Positions 20,262-29,446 of a DNA stretch of 64,000 bases are shown piece by piece. The DNA is from SAR202 cluster bacterium AC-409-J13_OGT_754m. Its GTDB lineage: Bacteria; Chloroflexota; Dehalococcoidia; Lucifugimonadales; GCA-2712585. Within the stretch, counting starts at the first letter, position 1; each line of letters starts with the position of its first letter. A program made the position numbers and the translations under genes. The stretch lies in NCBI GenBank assembly GCA_009391235.1, contig VEXD01000003.1, positions 17,631-81,630 on the forward strand, in the 5' to 3' direction. The notes beneath the pieces are model-generated. The model did not search any database and was not told where the DNA came from. It saw only the letters and a program-made list of their open reading frames with translations.

Positions 20262-20804
20262 TTATTCCTTGCCTAGATGGAAGCGTTGGTTTTCCATAAC
20301 ATATTTGCGGCGTTTGGCTCTCTCGACAGTCGGATCTCTGAGTTCTGATAAAGCCTTCATAGTCGCATAAACCACATTTATCGGATTACGAGAACGCAAC
20401 GTTTTTGCTACGGCATCCTTTACACCCGCTGCATCGAGAACTGCTCTTATTGGACTAGACGCGATCAAACCAGTCCCAGACGGAGCAGGCTTTAATAAAA
20501 CCCAAGAAGCACCGAAAACAGCCGTAATTTCATGAGGAATAGTATTTTTCTTAATAGGGACCTGAACTGACGATCTCCTAGCAGAAGCATTAGCCTTTCT
20601 AACTGCATCAGGTATAGCGTTAGCTTTACCCATGCCTACTCCAACCATTCCTTCGCCATCTCCAATAACAACAAGCGCATTAAATCTTAAATGACGCCCA
20701 CCTTTAACTACTTTAGCTATGCGCCTTGTGTGGACCACTTTTTCAGTAATAACTGGTCCACCTTCCGATTGTGGTCCTCGTCTTCTATCAAAGTCTTGTT
20801 GCAT
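20262..20804 (-). CDS. rpsE: 30S ribosomal protein S5
   Basis: KVVKGGR, PAPSGTGLIA, NPINVV. Confidence 0.96.
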   Translation of the reverse strand: MQQDFDRRRGPQSEGGPVITEKVVHTRRIAKVVKGGRHLRFNALVVIGDGEGMVGVGMGKANAIPDAVRKANASARRSSVQVPIKKNTIPHEITAVFGASWVLLKPAPSGTGLIASSPIRAVLDAAGVKDAVAKTLRSRNPINVVYATMKALSELRDPTVERAKRRKYVMENQRFHLGKE

Positions 20805-21172
20805 TAGAAAATCAATCCCTCCTTTCTTGCTCCCTCAGCCAAAGCCTTCACTCTACCGTGATACACGTAACCCCCTCTATCGAAAACTACCTGATTAATG
20901 CCTTTGGATGCCGCCAGTTTAGCAATTTTCTCGCCAATCAATTTAGATTGTCCTGTTTTATCAATACCCCTATTTTCGGTATTAAATTCTTTATCTAAAG
21001 TTGATGCTGCTACCAAGGTATGGTGCATTTCATCGTTTATAATTTGAGCAAATATATTTTTTAGGCTGCGTGATACGCATAAGCGTGGCCTGATCGCAGT
21101 TCCAATTATTTTCCGTCGGATTCTCCGATGCCGAATGATCCGCAAATCCCTTGTTCCATTTTGTTTAGACAT
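20804..21172 (-). CDS. rplR: 50S ribosomal protein L18
   Basis: [28 protein letters not shown]. Confidence 0.96.
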   Translation of the reverse strand: MSKQNGTRDLRIIRHRRIRRKIIGTAIRPRLCVSRSLKNIFAQIINDEMHHTLVAASTLDKEFNTENRGIDKTGQSKLIGEKIAKLAASKGINQVVFDRGGYVYHGRVKALAEGARKEGLIF

Positions 21173-21205
21173 AATAATTGCTTATTTTATCCTAATTGTT
21201 TCTTT

Positions 21206-21751
21206 TTAAGCGCTTCTAGCTGCGGCCTTACCTGGTTTCAGTTTTATAATTTCGTCCGAATACTTAATTCCTTTTTCCTTATATGCATTTGGTGGTCTCA
21301 CTTTACGAATTTGGGCCGCTATTTGACCTACCTTCTGCTTATCACAACCTGCAACATGTACCCTGTTATTACCTTCAACTGTTATAGAGACTCCCTCCAT
21401 GGTCGCGACCTGAACTGGATGACTATAGCCTACATTCAAGATTACACCCTCTCCATCTTGTTGTACGCGATACCCTACGCCCATCAATTCCAATGTTTTT
21501 TGATATCCCTCTGAAACACCAGTGACTGCATTTGCTATCAAAGTGCGTGTCAACCCATGAAGCGATCTATGGAATTTGTTTGCAGACAGCCGCGTTACTG
21601 AAATAGTTTGTTCATCAATTTTTACATTGACTTCTGCGTGCACCGATTGAACTACTTCTCCCTTAGGGCCACTTGCAGTTAACAAATTATCTTTTATGGA
21701 AACTTTGACTCCTCCGGGGACAACAATGAGTTTTCTGCCTATTCTTGACAG
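21206..21751 (-). CDS. rplF: 50S ribosomal protein L6
   Basis: SRIGRK, GVGYR, GYSHP, RPPNAYK.KGI; start CTG 21751 or ATG 21790. Confidence 0.93.
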   Translation of the reverse strand: MSRIGRKLIVVPGGVKVSIKDNLLTASGPKGEVVQSVHAEVNVKIDEQTISVTRLSANKFHRSLHGLTRTLIANAVTGVSEGYQKTLELMGVGYRVQQDGEGVILNVGYSHPVQVATMEGVSITVEGNNRVHVAGCDKQKVGQIAAQIRKVRPPNAYKEKGIKYSDEIIKLKPGKAAARSA

Positions 21752-21779
21752 CGGCTTTGTTTCCTTAGGAATAACTTCA

Positions 21780-22181
21780 CTACCAGACATAACAAAGCAC
21801 CTCGCCACCGATCTTTTTCCTCCAAGCATCCCGATCAGTCATTAAACCCCTGGAAGTAGATATTATGGCCGTCCCTAGTCCTCCCGCGACCCGCGGGATC
21901 TCTCCTTGCCCCACGTAAATACGTAAACCAGGCTTGCTTACCCTTTTTAGTCCTCTGATTCCTGGATCCTTGTCCTCTCTATAAAGTAAATGGACTCTTA
22001 AAACATCCTGTGGGTCACCAGCAATAGTTTCAAAATGTTTTATATATCCTTCATTCCTCAATAATTCTACAATAGAAAGCTTTATTTTGGATGCTGGCAT
22101 ATCCAAAGATGTATGCTTAACTGCTGTAGCATTCCTGATTCTAGTCAACATGTCTCCTATTGGGTCATTTATCGAGGACAA
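21780..22181 (-). CDS. rpsH: 30S ribosomal protein S8
   Basis: DPIGDMLTRIRNA, SKPGLRIY, GGEVLCYVW; TTG start after AAGGAG. Confidence 0.95.
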   Translation of the reverse strand: MSSINDPIGDMLTRIRNATAVKHTSLDMPASKIKLSIVELLRNEGYIKHFETIAGDPQDVLRVHLLYREDKDPGIRGLKRVSKPGLRIYVGQGEIPRVAGGLGTAIISTSRGLMTDRDAWRKKIGGEVLCYVW

Positions 22182-22197
22182 AATTCTCTCCTTAAAT

Positions 22198-22383
22198 TTA
22201 CCAGCTGGCCTTACGCACACCGGGTAATTCTCCCCGGAGTGCCATTTCACGGAAACACAGCCGGCATATACCAAAAAATCTTATATAGGCCCTAGGTCTT
22301 CCACACTTAGCACATCGATTGTTAAATTGCACAGGAAATTTAGGTGTTCTCTTCCATTTTTCAATTTTCGACTGTTTTGCCAA
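22198..22383 (-). CDS. rpsN: 30S ribosomal protein S14 type Z
   Basis: 61 aa, CAKCGRPR...CRLCFRE, GVRKASW. Confidence 0.96.
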   Translation of the reverse strand: MAKQSKIEKWKRTPKFPVQFNNRCAKCGRPRAYIRFFGICRLCFREMALRGELPGVRKASW

Positions 22384-22392
22384 AGTTCTATT

Positions 22393-23196
22393 CTATCCTT
22401 CCCTAACAAAAGGCATTCCTAAAAGTTCTAGGAATCTTGCTCCCTCTGCATCGGTTTTTGCAGTTGTACATATGGTAACCTGGAGCCCTCTTATTCGGTC
22501 AACTTGATTGTAATCTATCTCTGGAAATGTAACTTGTTCTTTAATACCAATTGAGTAATTACCTCTACCATCAAAACTTGAACGAGATAATCCCCGAAAA
22601 TCTCTAATTCTTGGCAAGCTGGCATTAAGCAATCTTTCAAAGAAATAACCCATCCGATTACCCCTAAGGGTCACGCTAACTCCTATAGGCATTCCTTGTC
22701 TAATCTTAAATCCAGCTATAGCCTTGCGAGCCCTGGTAACAACGGGTTTCTGCCCTGATATAATAGTAATATCTTTTACAACGCTATCTATTGCCTTGTT
22801 ATCTTCTTTTGCATCTCCTACGCTAACATTCAATGCGATTTTGTCTAACTTTGGTACTTCCATCACACTTCTGTAGTTATATTCTTTCATCATCGTAGGT
22901 ATCACATGAGTTGCATATGCGTCGAAAATAATGGGCCTAGAGGATAATTTAGCCTTAGATTCCTTTACTTTTGAAGCGGCGGCTCCTCCATCAGATTTTG
23001 GTTCTTTATCCAAATTACTTTTAGTAGAACCAGTAGTGGGGTTAACTTTGGCCTTAGTTTTCACAGAACTGCTCGCTTTTTTGTTTGAAGCCACAGCCTT
23101 CCGAGTATTCGCCTTTTTGGGTGTAGGAGTTTTCTCCTTCTGATCATCAGCATTCAATTGTTGATTGTCACCCATGTCTAATTTGTCGACCGCCAT
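22393..23196 (-). CDS. rplE: 50S ribosomal protein L5 with long Lys-rich N-terminal extension
   Basis: GQKPVVT.ARK, LPRIRDFRG, FDGRGNY, FPEIDY; start 23196 or 23175. Confidence 0.93.
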   Translation of the reverse strand: MAVDKLDMGDNQQLNADDQKEKTPTPKKANTRKAVASNKKASSSVKTKAKVNPTTGSTKSNLDKEPKSDGGAAASKVKESKAKLSSRPIIFDAYATHVIPTMMKEYNYRSVMEVPKLDKIALNVSVGDAKEDNKAIDSVVKDITIISGQKPVVTRARKAIAGFKIRQGMPIGVSVTLRGNRMGYFFERLLNASLPRIRDFRGLSRSSFDGRGNYSIGIKEQVTFPEIDYNQVDRIRGLQVTICTTAKTDAEGARFLELLGMPFVREG

Positions 23197-23197
23197 T

Positions 23198-23509
23198 TTA
23201 GTTAATAATCTCCTTACATTTGCGACATATCCTAACTTTAGAGCCATCTTCCAATGTTTTAAGACCAACTCTTGAGTTCGTATTACAGTTGGAACAAATA
23301 ATCATCACGTTAGAAACATGAATTGCTGCCTCTTGCTGAATTCGACCACCCTGTCGAACTCCTGGATTAGTTTTAACGTGGCGCGTTATCATATTAACCC
23401 CTTCGACTAGCACCCTGTTTGAACTCTTAATAACTCGTTCGACTCTCCCTTGTTTTCCACGATCCTTACCTTTAAGAACGCTCACTGTATCGCCTTTTCG
23501 GATTTTCAT
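23198..23509 (-). CDS. rplX: 50S ribosomal protein L24
   Basis: KGD.V.V..GKD.GK.G, EA.IHVSNV. Confidence 0.96.
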   Translation of the reverse strand: MKIRKGDTVSVLKGKDRGKQGRVERVIKSSNRVLVEGVNMITRHVKTNPGVRQGGRIQQEAAIHVSNVMIICSNCNTNSRVGLKTLEDGSKVRICRKCKEIIN

Positions 23510-23880
23510 TACACAACCTCTGGTGCCAAGGACACAATTTTCATGTACCCCTTTTCACGTAATTCTCGTGCGACTGGGCCAAACACTCTCGTTCCTCGCG
23601 GATTTCCTTGTTTATCATTCATGATAACGGCTGCGTTATCATCGAATCTAATATGAGAACCATCAGGACGAATATACGGTTTAGCGGTCCTAACTATCAC
23701 CGCCCGCACTACCTCACCTTTCTTGACGGGACTATTCGGAATAGCAACCTTAACTGACGCTACAATTATATCTCCTACACGCGCATATCTGCGTCTGCTG
23801 CTACCTGGTATATTTATACACATTATTTCTCGCGCACCACTGTTGTCGGCCACAACTAGCCTACTAAACGTCTGTATCAT
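23509..23880 (-). CDS. rplN: 50S ribosomal protein L14
   Basis: MIQ, VADNSGA, FDDNAAV, SLAPEV. Confidence 0.97.
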   Translation of the reverse strand: MIQTFSRLVVADNSGAREIMCINIPGSSRRRYARVGDIIVASVKVAIPNSPVKKGEVVRAVIVRTAKPYIRPDGSHIRFDDNAAVIMNDKQGNPRGTRVFGPVARELREKGYMKIVSLAPEVV

Positions 23881-24475
23881 CGCCTGCTTCCTTCTTTTTC
23901 TTGCGGCCACTCTTGGCTACAGATTGGTTAGTGTCTTCAGTATCAGCCTCGCTCGAACCATTATCTACAACTTCTTCGGTTACGGCCTCAGTTGTCTCTT
24001 CGGTTACGGCCTCAGTTGTCTCTTCGGTTACGGCTTCAGTTGTCTCTTCGGCTACGGCTTCAGTTGTCTCTTCGGTTACGGCCTCAGTTGTCTCTTCGGC
24101 TACGGCCTCAGTCGCTTCTAATTGACTTGCAATCTCCGGCTCATCACTCGACCCAGTTTTGCGCAGATTGGAATATGACTGCATCAATTCACGATCTAAT
24201 TCAATCGGTTTGACGTCAGCTAATTCCCTCCGTTCAATTATATCTACCACACGCCATCGTTTTAAACGTGAGATTGGCCTACATTCTTCAATTTTTACAA
24301 CATCCCCAATTCCTAAATCAGAGCCAGCAGTATGAGCGAAGAATTTAGTTACACGACGTTGGGCTTTACCATATAGCAAATGCTTTTGCTGCCATTTTAC
24401 GGATACAATAACAGTATCCTCCATCTTATTAGAAATAATCGTACCTACTCTATTTTTCCGCGTTTCCCTACTCAT
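23864..24475 (-). CDS. rpsQ: 30S ribosomal protein S17 with acidic repeat C-terminal extension
   Basis: [22 protein letters not shown] core, then a tail of more than 110 aa. Confidence 0.93.
   Translation of the reverse strand: MSRETRKNRVGTIISNKMEDTVIVSVKWQQKHLLYGKAQRRVTKFFAHTAGSDLGIGDVVKIEECRPISRLKRWRVVDIIERRELADVKPIELDRELMQSYSNLRKTGSSDEPEIASQLEATEAVAEETTEAVTEETTEAVAEETTEAVTEETTEAVTEETTEAVTEEVVDNGSSEADTEDTNQSVAKSGRKKKKEAGDDTDV
23975..24118. repeat. 24-nt tandem repeat, about 6 copies (TTCGG[T/C]TACGGC[C/T]TCAGTTGTCTC), encoding ETTEAV[A/T]E in S17
   Basis: Units begin at 23975, 23999, 24023, 24047, 24071 and 24095 (last one degenerate). Confidence 0.95.
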
Positions 24476-24674
24476 TGTTTTCTTCCTGTATTGCCCTTTG
24501 TCTCATTATCGTTCGCAAACGAGCGATTCTCTTTTTTACAACCGCTAATTCGTTCGTATTGGTCAGTTGCCGAGTTGAATGTCGAAAGCGCAAATTCATC
24601 ATTTCACTCAAAGAGGAATCCAATTCCTTTTTCAATCCGTCATTGTCCAATTCCCGTATTTCATTTACTCGCAT
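24468..24674 (-). CDS. rpmC: 50S ribosomal protein L29
   Basis: EIREL, NLRF, KKRIARL.T. Confidence 0.94.
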   Translation of the reverse strand: MRVNEIRELDNDGLKKELDSSLSEMMNLRFRHSTRQLTNTNELAVVKKRIARLRTIMRQRAIQEENNE

Positions 24675-24683
24675 TCAATGTAC

Positions 24684-25118
24684 CTATTCAACACCTGCTA
24701 AAGATTCCAATCGGTCGTAGCCAACAACCTTAGTAGGTATGGGTAATTTATGAGATGCCAATCGCAATGCCTCCGCGATTTCCGCTTTGCCTGCACCTGA
24801 TACTTCATACAAAACCTTACCAGGTCTCACAACAGCAACCCAATGCGAAACATTTGCCTTTCCGCCACCCATCCTAACTTCTGCTGGCTTTTTAGTGACA
24901 GATTTATCTGGGAATACTCTTACCCACACTTTCCCGCCTCTTTTCAAGTACCTTGTAATGCTTATTCTACCCGCTTCAATTTGCCTATCCGTTAGCCAAC
25001 ACGCGGCCAAAGCCTTCAATCCATAATCACCATGAGTTACACGATTTCCAGTGGACGCTGCACCTGAGCGCCTGCCTCTATGTACTTTTCGAAATTTGAC
25101 CCTTTTAGGCTGAAGCAT
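24684..25118 (-). CDS. rplP: 50S ribosomal protein L16
   Basis: MLQPKRVKFRK, RVFPDK, RMGGGK. Confidence 0.97.
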   Translation of the reverse strand: MLQPKRVKFRKVHRGRRSGAASTGNRVTHGDYGLKALAACWLTDRQIEAGRISITRYLKRGGKVWVRVFPDKSVTKKPAEVRMGGGKANVSHWVAVVRPGKVLYEVSGAGKAEIAEALRLASHKLPIPTKVVGYDRLESLAGVE

Positions 25119-25854
25119 TGTCGATCTCCAAAATCCCCATCTCTATTTCATCTTCTTCCTGGGTTACAGTCAACTCAATAGTTTCCATCTCTTCTACACG
25201 TTCTGGAACTGGTTCAGGCTCAACATTACCCTTGTATATCCAAACCTTGACGCCAATACGCCCAAAAGATGTTGCTGCCTCTGCATAGTCGTAATCTATG
25301 TCAGCTCCAATCGTGTGCAGCGGAACCCTGCCTTCCATAATTTTATCTGATCTAGCAATTTCGGAGCCATTAATTCGACCTTTTACGATGATCTTAATAC
25401 CCTTGGCTCCAGCCTGCATTGCTCTCTGAACAGCTTGTCTAAGAGCCCTTCTATGGGAGACTCTCCTGCCAAGTTGATCTGCTATATTCTTGGCAACCAG
25501 ATAAGCATTTAACTCTGGTTGAGCGACTTCAAGTATATTTAATTGTATCTTGCTGTTCGAAAAACCCTCTAGTTTACCTCTAAGAGTTTTGACTCGTTCT
25601 CCATCTCGACCAATAAGAATACCAGGTCTCGCAGAGTGAATGTTCACTATCAAATCCTGAGTACTTCTTGAAATTTCTATCTTCGCAATACCGGCGTCAT
25701 TAAATGGCTCATATTCTTTCCGGACAATCTGCCTTATTTTCATATCCCCCAGTACCAGTTCACGATATTGGCGAGCCTTTGAAACAAACCAATGGCTTTG
25801 CCAATCCTTAACTATTCCCAGGCGAAATCCTACAGGATGTGTTTTATGTCCCAT
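25105..25854 (-). CDS. rpsC: 30S ribosomal protein S3
   Basis: MGHKTHPVGFRLG, RPGILIG, GRVPLHT, GVKVWIY; acidic tail. Confidence 0.97.
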   Translation of the reverse strand: MGHKTHPVGFRLGIVKDWQSHWFVSKARQYRELVLGDMKIRQIVRKEYEPFNDAGIAKIEISRSTQDLIVNIHSARPGILIGRDGERVKTLRGKLEGFSNSKIQLNILEVAQPELNAYLVAKNIADQLGRRVSHRRALRQAVQRAMQAGAKGIKIIVKGRINGSEIARSDKIMEGRVPLHTIGADIDYDYAEAATSFGRIGVKVWIYKGNVEPEPVPERVEEMETIELTVTQEEDEIEMGILEIDNASA

Positions 25855-26195
25855 TAGATGGTTTCTCCGTCTACAACTACAGTTATTCTTGATGCACGTT
25901 TTCGCACTTTCCCAACCTTTCCACGAGCATGTGGCTTAAATCTCCTCAAAGGTTTAGCGATATCCGCGCTAATACGAACTACACGCAGATTACCTCTATC
26001 CATCAGCATATTTGTTTCGGCATTCGCTACAGCAGAACGTACAGTTTTTGCAAGCAGTTTTGCCCATGGTGAGGCGGAAAGATCGAGTATATTAATGGCT
26101 TCATCGACTGGTTTATTTCTAACCAAAGCCATTATTGGACCAATCTTTTTTTGCGAAACACTTACGTCTTTACTAATTGCCTGTACTGCTGGCAT
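25854..26195 (-). CDS. rplV: 50S ribosomal protein L22
   Basis: SAVANAE, RFKPHARG, SRITVVV. Confidence 0.95.
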   Translation of the reverse strand: MPAVQAISKDVSVSQKKIGPIMALVRNKPVDEAINILDLSASPWAKLLAKTVRSAVANAETNMLMDRGNLRVVRISADIAKPLRRFKPHARGKVGKVRKRASRITVVVDGETI

Positions 26196-26198
26196 TTT

Positions 26199-26462
26199 CT
26201 AGCTATTCCTCCCAAACCCTCTATAAGTCCGCGTTGGTGCGAATTCACCTAATTTATGGCCGACCATGTTTTCGGTGATATACACTGGAATGTGTCTCCG
26301 GCCATCATGAACAGCGATTGTCAATCCTATCATGTCTGGCATTATCGTGGAAGGTCGAGACCATGTCTTAATTACCACTTTAGAACCAGTTCTTTGTAAC
26401 ATCTCCACCTTTTTCTGTAATTTGGGGTGGACAAATGGGCCTTTTTTAATTGACCTAGACAT
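26199..26462 (-). CDS. rpsS: 30S ribosomal protein S19
   Basis: [26 protein letters not shown]. Confidence 0.97.
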   Translation of the reverse strand: MSRSIKKGPFVHPKLQKKVEMLQRTGSKVVIKTWSRPSTIMPDMIGLTIAVHDGRRHIPVYITENMVGHKLGEFAPTRTYRGFGRNS

Positions 26463-27295
26463 TAACGTCCTCTCCTCCTTTCTCTTACTATTAAAACTGT
26501 CGGCTTTCTTTTTCGGCGGGTTTTAAATCCCAATGCTGGCTTTCCCCAGGGCGTTTTCGGATGGACTAACCCAATCCCCGCTTTACCTTCTCCACCCCCA
26601 TGCGGATGGTCATTCGGATTCATAGCAGAACCTCTAACTTGAGGCCTACGACCACGATGACGAGTTTTGCCAGCTTTACCCCAAATAATATTTTTATGAT
26701 CTGGGTTGCTTAATTGCCCTATGGTAGCTCGGCAATCAGCTGGAATCCTTCTGATCTCACCAGATGGTAATCTCACCAAAACATATATATCTTCCCTTGA
26801 TAATACTTGCGCTCCAACCCCGGCACTTCTTACCAGTTTTCCGCCTTGTTTAATAATAAGTTCCAAATTATGTACCATCGTTCCCGTTGGTATCAGTCTC
26901 AAAGGCAAACAATTACCAGGCCTGATAGCCGCATCAGGACCTGATTGAACCTCGGCCCCTGGAGTTAGACCTAATGGAGCTAGAATATATCGTTTTTCGC
27001 CATCCACATAATGGACTAAAGCAATACGTGTTGTCCTATTAGGGTCATATTCAATAGAAAAAATTCTGCCCGGAATTCCGTCCTTATTTCTTTTGAAATC
27101 AATAAGCCTGTATAGTCTCTTGCTCCCCCCTCCCCTATGCCGTACTGTAATTTTATTAGAAGAATTCCTTCCAGCTCTTTTATTCAACGGTCTTAACAGA
27201 GATTTTTCCGGATGGTTTCTCGTCAAATCCTTGAATGTGGGTAGGGCAGCATTACGAGTGCCCGGAGTGTTAGGTTTTGGTATCCTAAGTGCCAT
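26462..27295 (-). CDS. rplB: 50S ribosomal protein L2
   Basis: [25 protein letters not shown]. Confidence 0.97.
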   Translation of the reverse strand: MALRIPKPNTPGTRNAALPTFKDLTRNHPEKSLLRPLNKRAGRNSSNKITVRHRGGGSKRLYRLIDFKRNKDGIPGRIFSIEYDPNRTTRIALVHYVDGEKRYILAPLGLTPGAEVQSGPDAAIRPGNCLPLRLIPTGTMVHNLELIIKQGGKLVRSAGVGAQVLSREDIYVLVRLPSGEIRRIPADCRATIGQLSNPDHKNIIWGKAGKTRHRGRRPQVRGSAMNPNDHPHGGGEGKAGIGLVHPKTPWGKPALGFKTRRKRKPTVLIVRERRRGR

Positions 27296-27297
27296 CC

Positions 27298-27582
27298 TTA
27301 AATTCCCTCAACCAGTTGAATCTTTTCACCAGTCTTTAAAGTAACTATTGCCTTCTTCGTATCAGGAGTTCTATGTGGCTTTGGCCCATACCTTTTTGTT
27401 TTACCCCTAGTTCTACATATATTGACATCTAGAACGGTAACCCCGAACGTCCTAGCAACTGCTTCTTTAACTGATATTTTATTAGCTTTTTTTGCCACTT
27501 CGAAGACATATTTGCCCGCTTCCTGCAAAATAGTGGTTTTTTCAGTTATTAATGGCCGCACTAAAACTTTTTGATATTCCAT
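27298..27582 (-). CDS. rplW: 50S ribosomal protein L23
   Basis: PLITEK, YVFEV, KKAIVTL. Confidence 0.95.
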   Translation of the reverse strand: MEYQKVLVRPLITEKTTILQEAGKYVFEVAKKANKISVKEAVARTFGVTVLDVNICRTRGKTKRYGPKPHRTPDTKKAIVTLKTGEKIQLVEGI

Positions 27583-27587
27583 TAGAT

Positions 27588-28445
27588 TTAACTCTTCTCA
27601 GCTTCCGTATCTTTTTTCTTTGCCCTAGGTCGTGGTTTGGGTTTATCAGAAACTTTACGGGCAACTCTGCGTTTTGGTTTTACTTCGGAACCAACGGAGT
27701 CATCAATGGCTACGGCTTCAGTTGTCCCTTCGGCTACGGCCTCAGTTGTCTCTTCAGCTTTAGTTTTACTCGATGTCACTTTGGTTTTCACAGTGCCAAG
27801 TCGCACCTCAGATTCCAATCCTTTTCCCCACATTCCTTCCGCTTCCCGTACTGCGTCCATTGTCATTACCAATATTTCCTTACTAAGGAGAGCTTCCGCA
27901 TTAAGCAAATTAACAGGCATTGTTTTAATCTTAGGAATATTATTCGTAGATCTCACAACATCCTGATTGCTCCCTTTAGTCACGACAAGGGCAGACCTAT
28001 TAACCTCAAGCGATTTCAGCGCTTGCACCATGCTCTTAGTACTACCACTCAACGCATCCAGCTGATCAACCAGCACAAGACGTTCATCTTTCACCTTTTG
28101 AGAAAGCATGCATCTCAAAGCCATAAGCCTCATCTTTTTTGGCATTAATTTCCTGTGGCTACGAGGTTTCGGCCCAAAGGTTATGCCACCATGCCGCCAT
28201 TGCGGGGATCGGATACTTCCCTGCCGAGCCCTGCCAGTACCTTTTTGGCGCCATGGCTTCGCCCCACCACCTGCGACTTCACTTCTCGTTTTGGTGCTAT
28301 GAGTACCCTGTCTCCGATTGGCCTGATACATTACCATAGCTTGATGCACAAGAGAGGAATTAAATGGTACCGCAAATAAACTCTCACTCAGAGATACTTC
28401 TCCTATGGTTTGACCGTCAATATTTTTTAGTTGAACTTCTATCAT
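27588..28445 (-). CDS. rplD: 50S ribosomal protein L4 with C-terminal extension
   Basis: RQGT..TKTRSEV, KPWRQKGTGRARQG, then an about 75-aa Lys/Glu-rich tail. Confidence 0.95.
   Translation of the reverse strand: MIEVQLKNIDGQTIGEVSLSESLFAVPFNSSLVHQAMVMYQANRRQGTHSTKTRSEVAGGGAKPWRQKGTGRARQGSIRSPQWRHGGITFGPKPRSHRKLMPKKMRLMALRCMLSQKVKDERLVLVDQLDALSGSTKSMVQALKSLEVNRSALVVTKGSNQDVVRSTNNIPKIKTMPVNLLNAEALLSKEILVMTMDAVREAEGMWGKGLESEVRLGTVKTKVTSSKTKAEETTEAVAEGTTEAVAIDDSVGSEVKPKRRVARKVSDKPKPRPRAKKKDTEAEKS
27708..27755. repeat. Two copies of the same 24-nt unit found in rpsQ, inside the rplD tail ([16 protein letters not shown])
   Basis: GGCTACGGCTTCAGTTGTCCCTTCGGCTACGGCCTCAGTTGTCTCTTC matches the rpsQ repeat. 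Confidence 0.9.
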
Positions 28446-28454
28446 TCTTAATCT

Positions 28455-29102
28455 CTATAAATTAGCTTCCGCATTAACATGTCCGTACGACCTATAAATC
28501 ATAAGTAAACCATTCCTAGCGCCAGGAACTCCGCCTTTGAGGAAAAGAAGGTTATGTTCATTGTCTACTTTAACAACCTCAATCCCTTTGAGGCTGACCC
28601 GTACATCACCCATATGTCCTGACATCTTTTTGCCCTTAAACACGCGTCCTGGAGTAGTTCCCATACCAATGGAACCCGGAGCTCTAAGGCGGTCCGATTG
28701 ACCATGTGTCCGTCCTTGTCCCGCAAACCCATGCCTTTTAACTGTTCCCTGGAATCCCCTGCCTTTAGAATAGCCTGTCAATTGAACCCGATCACCTTTG
28801 TTGAATATATCCGGCCCAATTTGCTGACCTATTTCCAAACCCTCGTTGGTATCAGTTCTTATTTCACGTAGGAATCGGAAAAGACCTGTTTTCTGCAAAT
28901 GTCCAGCCTTAGGTTTATTCGCTTTTTTCAATGATTCAAATCCCAGTTGGACGGCATCATAACCGTCAGATAGAACATTTTTCAACTGAGTTATAGTACA
29001 CGGTCCGGCCTGTAAGATTGTAACAGGTACCATAGTCCCGTCTTCCTCAATATACTGGCTCATGCCAATTTTTTTTCCAACCAATCCGTTAATCATATTC
29101 AA
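28455..29102 (-). CDS. rplC: 50S ribosomal protein L3
   Basis: GKKIGM, GY.AVQLGF, KGRGFQG, PGSIG, GRVFKGKKM.GHMG. Confidence 0.97.
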   Translation of the reverse strand: MNMINGLVGKKIGMSQYIEEDGTMVPVTILQAGPCTITQLKNVLSDGYDAVQLGFESLKKANKPKAGHLQKTGLFRFLREIRTDTNEGLEIGQQIGPDIFNKGDRVQLTGYSKGRGFQGTVKRHGFAGQGRTHGQSDRLRAPGSIGMGTTPGRVFKGKKMSGHMGDVRVSLKGIEVVKVDNEHNLLFLKGGVPGARNGLLMIYRSYGHVNAEANL

Positions 29103-29114
29103 TAAATACCATAT

Positions 29115-29432
29115 TTATAGTTTGATAGAGATATCTACCCCAGCAGGCAAATTCAATCGCGTCAGCGCATCGATAGCTTTTGGCGTTGGTTTCAGTATAT
29201 CGATCAAACGTTTATGCGTTCTTATCTCGAAGTGTTCCCTGGAATCCTTATCAACGTGTGGAGAACGCAGAACGCAAAATCTCCGGATATGAGTTGGAAG
29301 TGGAACTGGCCCTCCAACCATAGCGCCCGTTTGTTCAGCAGTTTCTACAATTTGTGTCGCAGACATGTCTACTGTTTTAGCATCAAATGCTTTTAGCACG
29401 ATTCGTATTTTTTGAGATGTTGGTTTTGCCAT
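29115..29432 (-). CDS. rpsJ: 30S ribosomal protein S10
   Basis: IRI.LKAFD, GPVPLPT, RSPHVDK.SRE.FE.RTHKRL. Confidence 0.97.
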   Translation of the reverse strand: MAKPTSQKIRIVLKAFDAKTVDMSATQIVETAEQTGAMVGGPVPLPTHIRRFCVLRSPHVDKDSREHFEIRTHKRLIDILKPTPKAIDALTRLNLPAGVDISIKL

Positions 29433-29446
29433 ATTTGTTTTTGACC

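Noticed and set aside
23975..24118. Tandem repeats as a CRISPR array
   Set aside because: Units abut with no spacers, lie in frame within rpsQ, and no cas genes are present
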